From NCBI GenBank assembly GCA_040285825.1, contig JAUPSS010000011.1:310001-374000 (forward strand): a DNA stretch of 64,000 bases, written 5' to 3'. Origin of the DNA: Eukaryota sp. TZLM1-RC (Eukaryota > Protista > Metamonada: BaSk clade). Below the pieces are notes generated by a model. That model searched no databases and was not told the DNA's origin. It saw nothing but the letters and a program-made list of their open reading frames with translations. Positions 52,250 through 64,000 of this stretch are shown one piece after another; position 1 is the stretch's first letter; every line of letters begins with the position of its first letter. The position numbers were made by a program, and so were the translations under genes.

Positions 52250-52510
52250 ATGCCTAAAGGATCTATTGACGATTTCAAGACTGCACAAAAGAGACTTGCT
52301 AAACAACATCAAAATGAAAGGCGAAGGTTACATTCAGAGCATGACAAGACCGAGCAAACACTACATACCATCCATAATGCTGAAGCTGAATCAATGCGAC
52401 TTCAACAGGAGCATGAAGTATGTACATTTCTTTTGGATTCATCATAGCGTGATCTATTGAGCATCCGCATTAAGGAGGAAAAACGAAACAAGACAGAGCC
52501 TCATTGGTAG
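52250..52510 (+). CDS. Small 76-aa charged helical hypothetical protein, 30-nt intron at 52418-52447
   Basis: GTATGT...ATAG phase-0 intron gives ...QQEHE|RDLLSIRIKEEKRNKTEPHW*, followed by AATAAA. Confidence 0.6.
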
Positions 52511-52610
52511 TTTTTAAGATCTTTTCTGCAAATAAACCAAGCATTTATGTTTCAATTCACCAATATCTACTTGGAAACACTCTAAGCTACAGTAAATAAC
52601 TTTTATTGCA

Positions 52611-53275
52611 TTACACTGAAGGTTTGGCTTCAATCAATTTTCTAAGATACAGAATTTGTCCCAACGAGAAAGCAATAAGAGCTACAATTTCAAACAGAGA
52701 CCACCACAAAACCCGATGGTTGGTGGATTCGGTAGCTGTAATGAGAGGAAACGGAAAAGAACATACTAGATCTGTGTACCCGCTCCCTAGCTTTCATGTA
52801 ATGTTGTTCTTGGATGACTTCCTCTAAAAGTTCTCTCATCTTTACCACAGATTCTTCAATGGGAGTGAGATGTTCCTGCTTGGCAAATTCATCAGTGACT
52901 TCAGTCCCAACCTTAACAGTAAATGTGATGAGCTTGGAAATTTTGTGAGTCATCTGGTTACGGAAACAGAACTGATAGATACCATCTTGAGGAGCTTGGA
53001 AGAAGAAGGCATCTTCAGCTTTTCTTTCAGTGGACACAATAGCAGACTGATCTGGTCCAATGATCTCGAAGTCGATCTGTAGCTGTTCATGAGCAGAGAC
53101 TTGATATGAGCCAGAGACGGGAGTATTTTTCGATATTTCTTCATAGAAACATTCTCGTTTCGTTGGCTTTGATAAATGATGTCGATAAAGGAAGACACAC
53201 TTCAATACGGAATGTGAAGGCAGAAGAGAATATAAAGAATGTCGTTAGGAGAAGTAGTACTGCACAGCGAACCAT
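52611..53275 (-). CDS. p24/emp24/TMED family cargo receptor; introns at 53167-53200 (34 nt) and 52736-52766 (31 nt)
   Basis: Signal peptide, GOLD domain (RECFYE..GIYQFCFRN), coiled coil EQHYMKARERVHR, ESTNHRVLWWS TM segment. Confidence 0.9.
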
Positions 53276-53352
53276 GAGAAAACAGTGAAACAAGTGTGGT
53301 AAATTCCCATAAATACACAATCAATTTTCGTGTAGAATAATTACAAAAACTA

Positions 53353-54800
53353 TCAACTACACAGAGACTGAGGTCTTTCATTGCCACTCATTCTAGCTTC
53401 AGCAATTGCAAACATATTCAGACAAGCCAGCTTATCTCTATTGAAAAGCTTTGTTGAGCCTTTGTTACTGATTTTGTAACTCTCGCTGTCACAAGCTAAT
53501 AAACCATGACATGTAGTAACTGGAGTCTTTTCTCTTCTATAGAATCTGCGATCTGTTACTCTCAAAAACGTATCAACTTTTTCAAAACAAACAGAACATT
53601 TTGTTGAAGGGAAAGCTTCATTAATCATCAATACTTCAAATCCATTTCTTTTCAGAAATTGAATCCATCCAATGCCTCGATTAGGTCTATCGTGTTTCAA
53701 ATTCTTGGAATCTTTTTTTACCATAATCACCCATTAGTATTAAAGCGTTTCTGGGTTGCCAAACTGTTGAACAAGGTTTTTTAGCAACAAACATTCAGTC
53801 TTTTGCTTGTGAATAAAAGCTTGCATATTGTGAGTGCTCCACAAGTCAAGACTGTAAAAGTCAATTGTCAAAAAAACTTGCCGAAGTTTGGCAACCACAA
53901 AGTTGGAAAAATCTATAAAAGTTGCTGAATTGGCGGCAAATGCTGATAATTCGGTGTTTGCATCTTCTATTGTCATTTCGTTAGACTCTATCATTTGATT
54001 GTGGTTCCCGTCTTTTCTACCTCAGTATACTTTGTCCCCCATCGTTTCTGTTTTTCATTTATCCCACTTTTCAAAGACCAGGACATCTGAGTCATTCTCA
54101 ACCATTTGAATTTCTTGTCTTGATTCATCACCCGACTATTTCTTTGCTGTTCAGTTTCATGTTCAGCCACCATGGATAATTCTTGATCAGTCTTTTTACT
54201 CCCAAAATACAATAGATCACGTTTTCCAGGATCACAAACAACAATTCGTTTGTCTTGAAAAGTAACATCATCAACATCAGTATATAAATCAGAAATACTA
54301 GCCTTGTTGTCTGGATTACATTTCTGACCTTTTAAATCCCGACCAACAAATTCTACTGCAATATTGAATCCGTCTGGATAATATTGTTGAATTTATAAAT
54401 CTTTTGGTTCAACATTGGTTGGTTTATTTAAATCGATAATATTAGACCAAAAGTCAAATTTCTCAGGTGGTTTAAATCTAAGGACTAGATCTTGTTTATT
54501 ACCATTTTTAATCTTTGTTGAGGCAACAAATCATACATCAATGTTTGGTTGATAATTGGCTGTATTGTTCTTGTGCCAATTGGAAAATATCCTGGACCTT
54601 CATTGGTTGATACAGGGGTAACGTGATAAGGTTTCCCTTCTCTACTGGCAATAATTGAGCAATCGTAATTGCTGGTTTTAAGAATAACTGAAAATCTTTC
54701 TCAACAGCATCTGCAAGAACATGTACGTCAACTGCAATTATAATGTCAACCAGACTTTCATCCGTGACCAAGTTCTCAATTTGACAAGTTTTCATTAACT
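53353..54800 (-). pseudogene. Degenerate Fanzor family D
   Basis: KRIVVCDPGKRDLLYF (~54195-54250), INEAFPSTKCSVC, CHGLLAC, FNRDKLACLNM..ERP. Confidence 0.8.
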
Positions 54801-54934
54801 AGAATTTCATAAATTTATGTAATGCTGTATTCATTGGTGGAGGCAAAAATTGTATTTTTGTATTTTTGAAACGTTATAAAGTATTTTAATTCCATTTTTT
54901 GGACCACTTTAATAATCTCTGTTTTAAAGTCTGC

Positions 54935-55530
54935 CAAAAAAAGTTTAGCCGTAGGAGCAAGTGAACCAATTAGAGAAAATACAAATGGAAGCAAATTGTT
55001 TATTGTGTTGAATGGACAATTTGGATAAAAATTCACTGTATTTTTTGATTTTGAAATTTTCAAAATTTGAAAGAGGATTACGAATTTCAGAATTAGCTAA
55101 CCTTTCATTTAAGACATTGCAAGAATGAACAGACATTACATCCAATAAAGTAAAGGTTCCATCTAATCCAGGTGATATGACATCACATCCATTATTCTTA
55201 TGAAAATCATCTTCAGCCTTCAACAATTTCACAACAGAGGTTCCAAAAAAACATTCAATTCTATAAGACTTACACATACAATACAATTAGTCTCTTACAG
55301 CATCATGAACCTTGCTTCTACAAATAATGAAATTTTTAAAATTTAACAAATGAGTGATTGTAATTATCCGAGAACATTTACAAATTAAACTATGGGGGCA
55401 ATTATTAGGCCAGCTAAAGGACCGAAGTCTCAAAATCAAAGTCCAGGCAGAATCAGTTAAGAGAGTGCCATAAACTTGAGCAATGGTTATTATTAAAGCA
55501 GAAGATGTATCACAGATACTATCACACATA
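54935..55530 (-). mobile_element. Degenerate 3' fragment of an RLE non-LTR element
   Basis: LICKC..HLLN..KVHDAVRD, PGLDG..LLDV, KIKKY. Confidence 0.75.
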
Positions 55531-56281
55531 CCTTGTAAAAGATCTGTAGGGTGGAAGCTTAATAAACATTATAGATCTACTTATGATCTATTCAGTTGCA
55601 TTCGACCCTGATCAGAACCATTTATCGGTGACTGCAAATATTCTGAAGGTAATAACGTAACACGATCAATGGTAAAGCAGAAATTATATCTGAGTGCTCG
55701 AAGAAGAGTAAGAAGAACACATTTGAAATCTTTATAAGAAAACAGTAAAGATTAAGCCCAATTAACGGCAACAACTACGTGTTTGTAAAAACTTTGGGAC
55801 AAAATGACAAAATTTATAAAGTTTTCAGGCCCAAAGCTATTTCCAACACGGTTTGCAATTTAAATGAAATCCACATAGAACTTAACAATTTCTTGGATAT
55901 AAATATTACAGATCACACTTAACAAATTAAAAGTATAACTAATGGGACGAAATTCATTGAACCAAGATTGAAGCAACATTGAGATGTCTATTCGTCACGT
56001 GCTTACCATGTGTAAATCATGCGAATGTTTGTGGAATAGTGATCGAAATGCTTCGCTGACTATGATGGCAATGATGGAAGCACATGTAAAAGGTGGGGAC
56101 AGGCCGTGATTCTGTAATAGAAAAAAGTTGGATTGTGAAGGAGCTGACGATGGAGAGGAATGGCAACATAGGAAGAGAGTGGTGGGGTTTAGGACGAGTC
56201 CAACAATTGTTTTAAGAGAACCAATTGCAGGTATAAGGTAAAAATAAATCGCAGATGAGTAAAAAAACTGGTAAAAGATTA

Positions 56282-58752
56282 CAGGGGAGTTCTAAAGCTC
56301 CGAAAAGAAGTTAAGTGAGGGAAAAAAGAACCTAGTTTATGAATTGAGGGAAAAGTGTGGGAATAGTGAAAACCTCCCAAAACCAAGTTGAAGGTCAAAG
56401 ACCTCCCAGAACAGGCGCCCAGAAGTCGAAAATGGGGTGACAAGTGTAAAATTTGATAGATGAGCTGTTTATTCTCACTACATAATAGACACCCACTTTC
56501 TGTCACGTGTATTCACTAGGTTTTGTGCACTTAACTCACTATTGACCCCTGTAGCGGTGCAGCAAATTCGGACAGACCTCCCCTTGCTCACCGAGATTTG
56601 TCATGAAGCTTCTTTATTGCTTTAATCTTTTCTTCTAAATTTTCCGTTGGCATCTAGAGCTTGAGTGGAAAAGGATGTATGGTATCTTTTTATGACCGTC
56701 ATCACCACTGGTTCTTTTCCAAAGCCTTCCACCTCCAAAGGACAACGCCAATTACTCCATATCTTTTACAGTGGATTTCTTCCTGAATGCCCACAAGACA
56801 GGTCTCTTGTTTCTTCATGGGAAGATTCTTTAGTGCCTTTTAGAAATTCATTCAACCTTTTTCTCAATGCGTGGCTGCAGTTCCAGAATTGTATTTTTAT
56901 CAACAATAAAGGGCTTTTTGCTCATCTTGCTTGTCGGGCTCGTCATTTGACGTCCAACGTTAAGACAAGTTTACCTAAAATATGTCAATCCTGGACACAA
57001 AACTTTATTCGTGCTCATTGTAGAGCTCTAGATAAAACAAATGTCTTTGTCAATTATATTCTCTCTTTTGCCAGATGAACCACTAGCCAACCCGAGGAAG
57101 TAGTTGTTGATTCTGTTCTCAAACACTACATCGATTTCAATCTAAATAATTCAAGAGAATGATTCTTTTTATTAAATGTATGTAGGTTTATCTTGAACTT
57201 CCTTCAAAGATTTCCTACCACTGCTTCCCTACTGGCTTCACATGATAAAATCACCTTTTCATCAAAGGAAATTGGTGAGCTATTTCTCTTTAATCTTAAA
57301 ATTTCACAACACTTACTCACTTTCTTTTCTCATATGCATTGCTGGAGGAAATTTAGAATAATACCTTTAGCTTCTCATAAAGGTTCTAAATTTCATGAGG
57401 TACCTTCACATGTTTTCCAATCTGTGAAAAAATTTCCACTTATTGAAGGATCATCTTCCAAAACAAAGTTCATCAAAAATATATGTCTGAAACGAAAATT
57501 CAAACAAAGACTAAAGATTCTTACCAAAGATTTAATATCAACAGAAAAAGTTTGAAAAATAGATTTAAAAATTTTTTACTGAAAACTAATGGTAATGAAC
57601 TGCTTTTGACCTTTGAAGGTAAAAATAATGACTCAGAAAACACAGAGGAGCTGGATGAACCACCGCAAAAGAAACGAAGATTGATAAAAGTAATGAAAAG
57701 TGACCCTGGTGCCAACAAAACCAGAGAAACACAGTCGAAGGGCACTAAAAAAATTCCCCGTCTGTCGAAGACGTAGACATCCAGTCGAAATTTTACCTGA
57801 AAGGCCCCTTATTGGCGTTGATCTGGAACAATCTAGATTAAGTGGTTACTTCTTAAATGATGATCAATGTGGAGTTATCCCTTGTCTAACTGGCAGAAGT
57901 AACATGACAAAACCTTCACATAGTAAACACTCTCCCAACCAATATTCCGTTCAAAATTTCAACCAATATTTGAACCATTGGAATTTGGTCATGAGGAAAG
58001 TGTTTTTGGAAAGTAATCGCCAGAAATGGAAAATAATTAAATTTGATAACCGAAGACAAAAAGAGAGATGGTTCAGTGAGAGTCCCAACAAATTTCAAAG
58101 GCTGGCTGGACATCCTGAAAAACTCTATCTTGCTGCGGGTTCTGCCGCAAAGTCAATCGATATGGATCAGCAAGGGCTTTCAGAAAATGGTTGTGTTATC
58201 AAAAGGATGTGAAGCACTTGTCAACCAGTGAATTTAATACAAGCAAACTGTCAAGTTGTTGCATGGCCGAGAATATTCAAGCAGGCTCATGGCAGATGCG
58301 TATTTGTACTGAGTGTCAAATAGTATATGACAGAGATATTTCCGCTGCAAAAAATATTGAAATTAAGAAGAAAGCGGAATTGTGGCCGGAAAGATACATT
58401 TGCCCAGATGCTCTGTTGAGGAGATGAATAGGGAACGTGAGCATACAGAAACACAAACTTTGGAAAAACTGATATTCTATTTTGAGTTTTTCATTTTTTT
58501 AATTTTTTTGAAGATCTTTTGAGACTGATCTACAAATACCTTAGTAGCATTTGGTAGATCCACTTAGATACTTCAAGTCGCGAGGCTTTGTTCTGTGAAA
58601 GCAGTAGGTGTATTTAAGTGAGGTAGCCCATTGATGAAGATCATGATTGTCTTTGTCAAATGATGCTACATGTCTCTTACAGCCTGTGAGTAGACACTGA
58701 GAAAGTTGAAAACTGGAGTAAATTTCACACATATGATAAGTGAAATTCACAA
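56282..58752 (+). mobile_element. Fanzor family A copy 3 (both ends present, ORF pseudogenised)
   Basis: AAAGATTA|CAGGGGAG left end; ...GAAATTCACAA|TA right end; lost ATG, stops and an internal deletion. Confidence 0.88.
58527..58752 (+). ncRNA. Putative omegaRNA scaffold, Fanzor A copy 3
   Basis: Same stems as copies 1 and 2; the terminal hairpin loop is shortened. Confidence 0.65.
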
Positions 58753-58772
58753 TACTCTCAATTCATCCCTCA

Positions 58773-60212
58773 ATGCACAGCTGTTCGTTGTGTGGGTCTT
58801 CATGTACTTCATTCGCTGTTTTTCCTTGCTCCCACTTCCTCTGTTCCGTGTGTGCTCTCAAACTTCGTCTTATTTACAAAGACTCTTCCTGTCCATACTG
58901 TAAATCTTCATGTACTAAAGTTGTCATTTCCGACAGAGTAGACGAGTACTCTATTCTTTTACCTCATGCCACATACACTTTACCAGAAACTCCATCTGTT
59001 TTCTTCACTTCTCCTCTTCTAAGTGAGCAATGTCAACGTCTCATTGGCCATTACTGTCCCAAGTGTCCTGACCTTCCTCCTTTTAGGTCCTCTTCTGCAC
59101 TCTCTAAACACGTGGAATCCACACATAATCGCTCCTTCTGCCGAATATGTCTTTCTGACAACCCACGACTGTCCTGTGAGCAGGTGTTATACACCCAGAA
59201 GAACTTGTCAAAGCATCTTGATGGAACCTTGGCGAATGAAAAGCCATTTACAGGCCATCCAAAGTGTCCCTGTTGTGGAAGGAGAAGTTATAATGATGAA
59301 CATTTGTTTCGGCATGTGATTAACAATCATATCACGTGTCATTTGTGTCAACAATCAATTGAAAGGACTGGAAGGTATTCTGAAGTGATTACCATTTGTT
59401 TTAAATCTCAGAAAGCTAGAATTGATCACTTTCATTCAAAACATTATGTCTGCCACTTCCCCCAATGTCTGGAGACTAACTTGTCTGTTTTTGATAATGA
59501 ATTGGATCTTGCCAAACACGTACAAACTGAACACAAGCACAATATGCCTATTCTTTTAGAGATGTTTGATTGTGGGAGACCTGAGGGTCAGAAAAGTGTT
59601 GAAAAAAGATCATCAATGACTGACTTGCTGGAAAGAGCAGAGGCGTTTGATCGCCTTCCTATTCATTTCAGAGACGAAAGGTCAAAAATTGCAGTCGAAA
59701 GAGTCAGAAAGTTCTTGAAAAGTCAAGAAAATTTTGAACTTTTTCTTAATATTTCAGCTTTTTACCGAGATGGTGCAATTTCCGCAAGTGAATATTTTTC
59801 ACATTTCTGTTCTCTTTTCAACTTAACTCCGCAGTCTGAAGCTGATTCCTTGTTTTGTAACTTGGTTTCTCTATTACCAAACAAGCAGAAAAGAATCGAA
59901 TTAGCGAATGAGTATTCCAATTGGGAAAAGACTGCTTCTGACTTCCCAACTCTCACAGGTAAGGCTGTCCCTCAATCAAGGAAATCACCTTCCGTTTCTG
60001 GACTAGCAGCACGTGTTGGTCAAGGCAAGGTCAAGAAAGGACCAGATTTTCCAGAACTTCCACGACCAACAACAACAAGGCAGCCCTGTGGTGGAAGAAG
60101 AATCGTCACGGCAAGAGGTCATAATCAAGTTGTCGATGTTGCCCCTGTGGAGAGTGTTGCCACTCAAAAGAAAAAGAATAGGAAAAAGAAGTTTGTCCCA
60201 CTTACAGTGTAG
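58773..60212 (+). CDS. ZNF598: RING and C2H2 zinc-finger E3 ligase, ZNF598/Hel2-like
   Basis: N-terminal RING (CSLC..CSH..CSVC..LRLIY..CPYC), C2H2 array including GHPKCPCC and HYVCHFPQC, DFPTL/DFPEL motifs, C-terminal KKK run. Confidence 0.85.
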   Translation: MHSCSLCGSSCTSFAVFPCSHFLCSVCALKLRLIYKDSSCPYCKSSCTKVVISDRVDEYSILLPHATYTLPETPSVFFTSPLLSEQCQRLIGHYCPKCPDLPPFRSSSALSKHVESTHNRSFCRICLSDNPRLSCEQVLYTQKNLSKHLDGTLANEKPFTGHPKCPCCGRRSYNDEHLFRHVINNHITCHLCQQSIERTGRYSEVITICFKSQKARIDHFHSKHYVCHFPQCLETNLSVFDNELDLAKHVQTEHKHNMPILLEMFDCGRPEGQKSVEKRSSMTDLLERAEAFDRLPIHFRDERSKIAVERVRKFLKSQENFELFLNISAFYRDGAISASEYFSHFCSLFNLTPQSEADSLFCNLVSLLPNKQKRIELANEYSNWEKTASDFPTLTGKAVPQSRKSPSVSGLAARVGQGKVKKGPDFPELPRPTTTRQPCGGRRIVTARGHNQVVDVAPVESVATQKKKNRKKKFVPLTV

Positions 60213-60292
60213 TGCTTTTGAATTTTAGTTTTATTTTTTTTGCGATTAAATTATTAATAACCCATTACTATTTATCTTTTTTATTTACAATT

Positions 60293-62068
60293 TCATTCCA
60301 AAATTTCTTTAACTTTCTCAATTAAATCAGCCTTTTTCAATCCTGTGAGACCTTTAACATTTTTTTCCTTCAAAAAAGCTTTTAATTGTTTGACCAAGAC
60401 ACCTGTCCAATCATCATTTTCAACCCTCGACTTCATCACATCATCATCAATCACATCATCATTTGATTGATTACTGACCACTTTCTTAGACCGCGAAGGA
60501 GCAGCTATTAAAGCGCTGATATCACTAGCATACTTGACAAATACTTCATCTTTTACCAAAGTTTCATCATTAATGCTATCAGAATCAAAAGGTTTTCTCA
60601 AAGCTCTACTTTCAATATAACTATAAAGTAATTGTAATTGGGGATTAAGAAAATCAGCAGGGTTGTAATCAATCATTAATCCATCAATCAAATTCTGAGC
60701 TGCTTCCGTTCTCGACAACACTTCCTCACCACCAGTCTCTCCTAATTTATCAAATAAATCACGGTAATCTTCTCTATAAGGTAACTTAACCATCCAAAGT
60801 CCTTCAACTCCAAGCAACCTACTTGCTTCTGCATTCACCCCCTCCCTGTCAGCTGCAGAGGGAAGCAGAGCAACTAAATATGGGAGAGAAATACGACTAG
60901 CAGTGTAACGACACAGGGCATAAACCCCTTTCAACTTCATTGTCTTATACAATGTAGAAAAGATTTCTTCTGAACCAGGAGCTGGTCTGACCAAACTAGA
61001 AGGGCGTACGTTAGCTTCAAGACCGAGGGTGGAAAGATTCTTGAACCCCAGCAATGCAAGTCCAGGGTCAACCAAACCTTTAATACTGCTGACGTCATCA
61101 TCAGTCATTTTGACCGCGCCATCCAGGAAGGTCACGTATTTGGTGATGTCATCCTTTGTTAATTCTTCCCCTAATTCATTTAAATAAGTCGTCCTTGTCT
61201 GTAATAGTTGATTTGTTTCACGGTGTAATTGCACAGGATTTGGAGGCTTAGACTGATGAAGCAGAGAAAATGTTTGGATTTTGAATGATAATTCATCAGA
61301 AACATTAAAATCCAAAGTGTTTAGTGCTCTTCTCTTAGTTCCTCTCCTCTTCACAACATCTTGCTCAAGATCAGGTTCAATCGTAATTGATTCGAGCTCG
61401 TTGGTGGTGAGTTCTGTGATCATCCTCCAGAAGGAAGATGAGCAAAAGTCATCTAGCGAAAGAGGGGAGACTGGGAAGAAAAAGAGGTCAATGTTGGATG
61501 AAAATAAATCTTTTAAACGTTGACGGCATAGTTCAATCTCAGACTGATGGTCACTTATGGAGGGTGTGGAATTGGTCATGATGTACAGAAACCTATTCCA
61601 AGTGGTCATGGGCTTGGATGAGAGAATCTGTAGGGCCACCGAGAACATATTGAGGTGATCAAAGGAGGGAGATGAAGGTAAAACATCGTTTGGATTTGAA
61701 GATGATTCCAAATCACCAATTAACGATTCAATAGATCGGATAAGATCAGCAGATGGTAATGAGAAAGGAAACCTTGATTGAATGTTTGGTATTTTATACT
61801 CGTTGTCAGAACTTTCTGTGTGATAGAATAAGAGACTGAATTCATCAGAGTCAGACTCAAACACTGCAGTTCTGATGAATTGACGGACAGTATGAAGTGC
61901 TACGACGATTGGTAGCAGCGTAGGAGAACCATCCTCTGATTTCGTTGGTGTTCGAAACATGTTGGAACTACCATCTATCAGTATGACAATAGCACGTTTT
62001 GTAGGATCCTTTTCTTCAGCTGCATGTATCTCGCTAATAACAAGATCTTCCCCCAGATCGAAGTCCAT
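60293..62068 (-). CDS. KU70: Ku70 NHEJ DNA end-binding subunit
   Basis: vWA (VILIDGSSNM), LALLGFK, RPSSLVRP, LVALLP, LPYREDYR, FLNPQLQ and C-terminal SAP domain. Confidence 0.93.
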   Translation of the reverse strand: MDFDLGEDLVISEIHAAEEKDPTKRAIVILIDGSSNMFRTPTKSEDGSPTLLPIVVALHTVRQFIRTAVFESDSDEFSLLFYHTESSDNEYKIPNIQSRFPFSLPSADLIRSIESLIGDLESSSNPNDVLPSSPSFDHLNMFSVALQILSSKPMTTWNRFLYIMTNSTPSISDHQSEIELCRQRLKDLFSSNIDLFFFPVSPLSLDDFCSSSFWRMITELTTNELESITIEPDLEQDVVKRRGTKRRALNTLDFNVSDELSFKIQTFSLLHQSKPPNPVQLHRETNQLLQTRTTYLNELGEELTKDDITKYVTFLDGAVKMTDDDVSSIKGLVDPGLALLGFKNLSTLGLEANVRPSSLVRPAPGSEEIFSTLYKTMKLKGVYALCRYTASRISLPYLVALLPSAADREGVNAEASRLLGVEGLWMVKLPYREDYRDLFDKLGETGGEEVLSRTEAAQNLIDGLMIDYNPADFLNPQLQLLYSYIESRALRKPFDSDSINDETLVKDEVFVKYASDISALIAAPSRSKKVVSNQSNDDVIDDDVMKSRVENDDWTGVLVKQLKAFLKEKNVKGLTGLKKADLIEKVKEILE

Positions 62069-62699
62069 TTTGTAAAGGAAAGGTGTTGGATTTTTAGATT
62101 TTTGTGAATTGTTCTGAGAAATTGGATACTGATTAAATACATTTTCATAGTAATTAGTCTCGCTCAGACTAATTTTAATATATGACTAATCATTATGATA
62201 GAAAATTAGTTCGACTTTTGCGGTTGAGATAAACCATGTTTCTAATTATTTTTACCGAAACAAAAACTACCAAGACTCAACATAACATCTTGAATAGACA
62301 CCGGTCATTAATCGTCTACTAAATCAGCATAATTAATTACAGCCTCATTTTCATGTACTTCAGTCAATACGGAAGAGACTGCATTTGTTGCACTTTTTAA
62401 ACCACCAGTTTCTGTAACAATGGCTCAAGTGTACTAGAGGCAAATCGATTGAGAGCTTGGCTGGCAGCTTGACGAGCAAAAACATTGAGGATTGGAGAGC
62501 CAGTGTTCATTAATGTAGTAATTAGTGTAATGCAACTGTTAAAGAAACAGCAACGCAAGTTCAACTATTTTTGCATTAAATGAAGAAATTTCTACAATCG
62601 ATGTAGAAAAATGGATTCGATGCTTTCCACAATCACCTATTGGAAATATTTCCCAAAAGAATTATTTAAATTTAAGATACACTCTTCGAACATTGAAGA

Positions 62700-63630
62700 A
62701 ACGATTGGCTGGAATGTATGAAAAAGATCTTTATAAAAATATATGCTGCTGGGCTGTTTTAAATCAAGATCTCCACTCATTGTGATTGGAAAAGGGTGTT
62801 TGTTAAACCCAGTCATCAGATTATTCACTGATTGTAACCATTGTACCACGAAGATTTGGACTGTGTGCCACTAATGAAGCGTTTGTAACAAAAATGAGAT
62901 TATATTTGAATATCCCCATTAATCAATTATTATCAAAAGAAAAATGTATTTGTTCGAATTCACCTACAGCTCACTTTGCGTCATGTCATGAATTGTTCGA
63001 AATTGATAACTTTTCATTACATGATGCTGTGAGAGACATTGTTTTTGATATGGCACGAACTGCAAGAATTTCCTGTATCAAAGAGCCTCTGCTGAAGGAA
63101 AAACTGTCACTGAACAATTTTGGTTCTGATGATAGAGCTGATGTATACTGTGATTGGATTGATAATTCTGAAGCTGTTGTTGACTTTGTCTCCTGTAATG
63201 TTGCAAATGATACTTTGGTTCACAGAAGAAAACTTAGTCCTTTAAGTGCTCTTGAATTTAAAGCTAAAGAAAAACATAGAAAATATGACAAAGATATCGA
63301 AGAAGCTAATGCTGATAGAAATAGACCACTTGTTTTTATTGCTTTCCCATTTTCGATAAACGGAAGACTATCAGTAGAAGCAGGAACTTCTTTGAATGAT
63401 TTCCAAAAAATGGTGCAAGTACAAACAATGAAAAGATTTGATATTTGTATATGGCGCTCTCGGATTCAATTTGCCATTATTAATAGATTACCTCGGTTTT
63501 CAATCGAATACGAGAAATTTTAGCTAGACAGCAAGCAGATCAAGATTTTGTAGAGGAAATTTTGGTTCATTGAATTTTGTCCCATTAGTTATGAGTCAAT
63601 TTTATTAAGTGTGCAAGATGAATAAAAAAT
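62700..63630 (+). mobile_element. 3' fragment of an RLE non-LTR element (same family as 5333-6080)
   Basis: HDAVRD..KEPLL..RADVYCDW..KAKEKHRKY..FIAFPFSINGRL. 62770-62860 recurs, diverged, at 63910-64000. Confidence 0.78.
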
Positions 63631-64000
63631 TTTAATTCAGCGAACCATTTTTTAAAAGAAAAGGTTATGCTTAAGTAATTAACAATAATGGTTTTTCAGT
63701 TTGTGTAGAGATGGCCAGAGAGGACTGCTTTAGACATCAATTTAAATCTGGTTAATGACTGTGAAAAATATCTTCAAGATTTCAATGAACAAAGTACTGG
63801 TTAGTTTTGAGAGACAACCTTAGAATACGCATAGCCCTGATCCGTCCTGATCGGAATGAGCCATCGGAAGATCACGGTGTATCCACAAGGGTAGGACCTT
63901 CGATGTTGACTTTGTAGTTCATTGTTATTGGAAAAAGGTGTTTGTGAAAATCATTCATCAGATTCTTCACTGTTTGTGACCATTGTACCACGAAGATTTG

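Noticed and set aside
60293-62068. Functional linkage of Ku70 with the nearby Fanzor nucleases
   Set aside because: Ordinary host gene outside any element boundary; proximity in a eukaryote is not evidence.

Overview
AT-rich, gene-sparse window from a compact eukaryotic (protist-like) genome with tiny 28-34 nt GT-AG introns. Host genes are RPS26, KU70, ZNF598/Hel2, a p24/TMED cargo receptor, an Eco1-like acetyltransferase, a COMM-domain protein, an MJ1316-domain ORF and a few hypotheticals. Most of the window is mobile DNA in three classes. (1) About nine copies or fragments of Fanzor (eukaryotic TnpB-like RuvC nuclease) from roughly five families. Two of them (1016-2972 and 14992-16906) are one homopolymer base from intact ~640-650 aa proteins with the full D-E-D triad. 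Family A elements are TA-flanked and carry a ~220-230 nt strongly structured 3' RNA (omegaRNA candidate with GNRA-capped hairpins). Families A and B, although very divergent, share the same right end, GAAATTCACAG|TA, and most copies sit co-oriented just upstream of host start codons. (2) A 20-kb nest of three chromodomain-bearing Ty3/gypsy retrotransposons with only ~80-bp LTRs, 4-bp TSDs and no canonical tRNA PBS. (3) Several truncated RLE-type non-LTR retrotransposons. A 2.1-kb tandem duplication copies a Fanzor-B 3' end with its RNA and the neighbouring membrane-protein gene. Many frameshifts fall in homopolymers and may be long-read errors. All family assignments come from motif recognition by eye; no database search was run.
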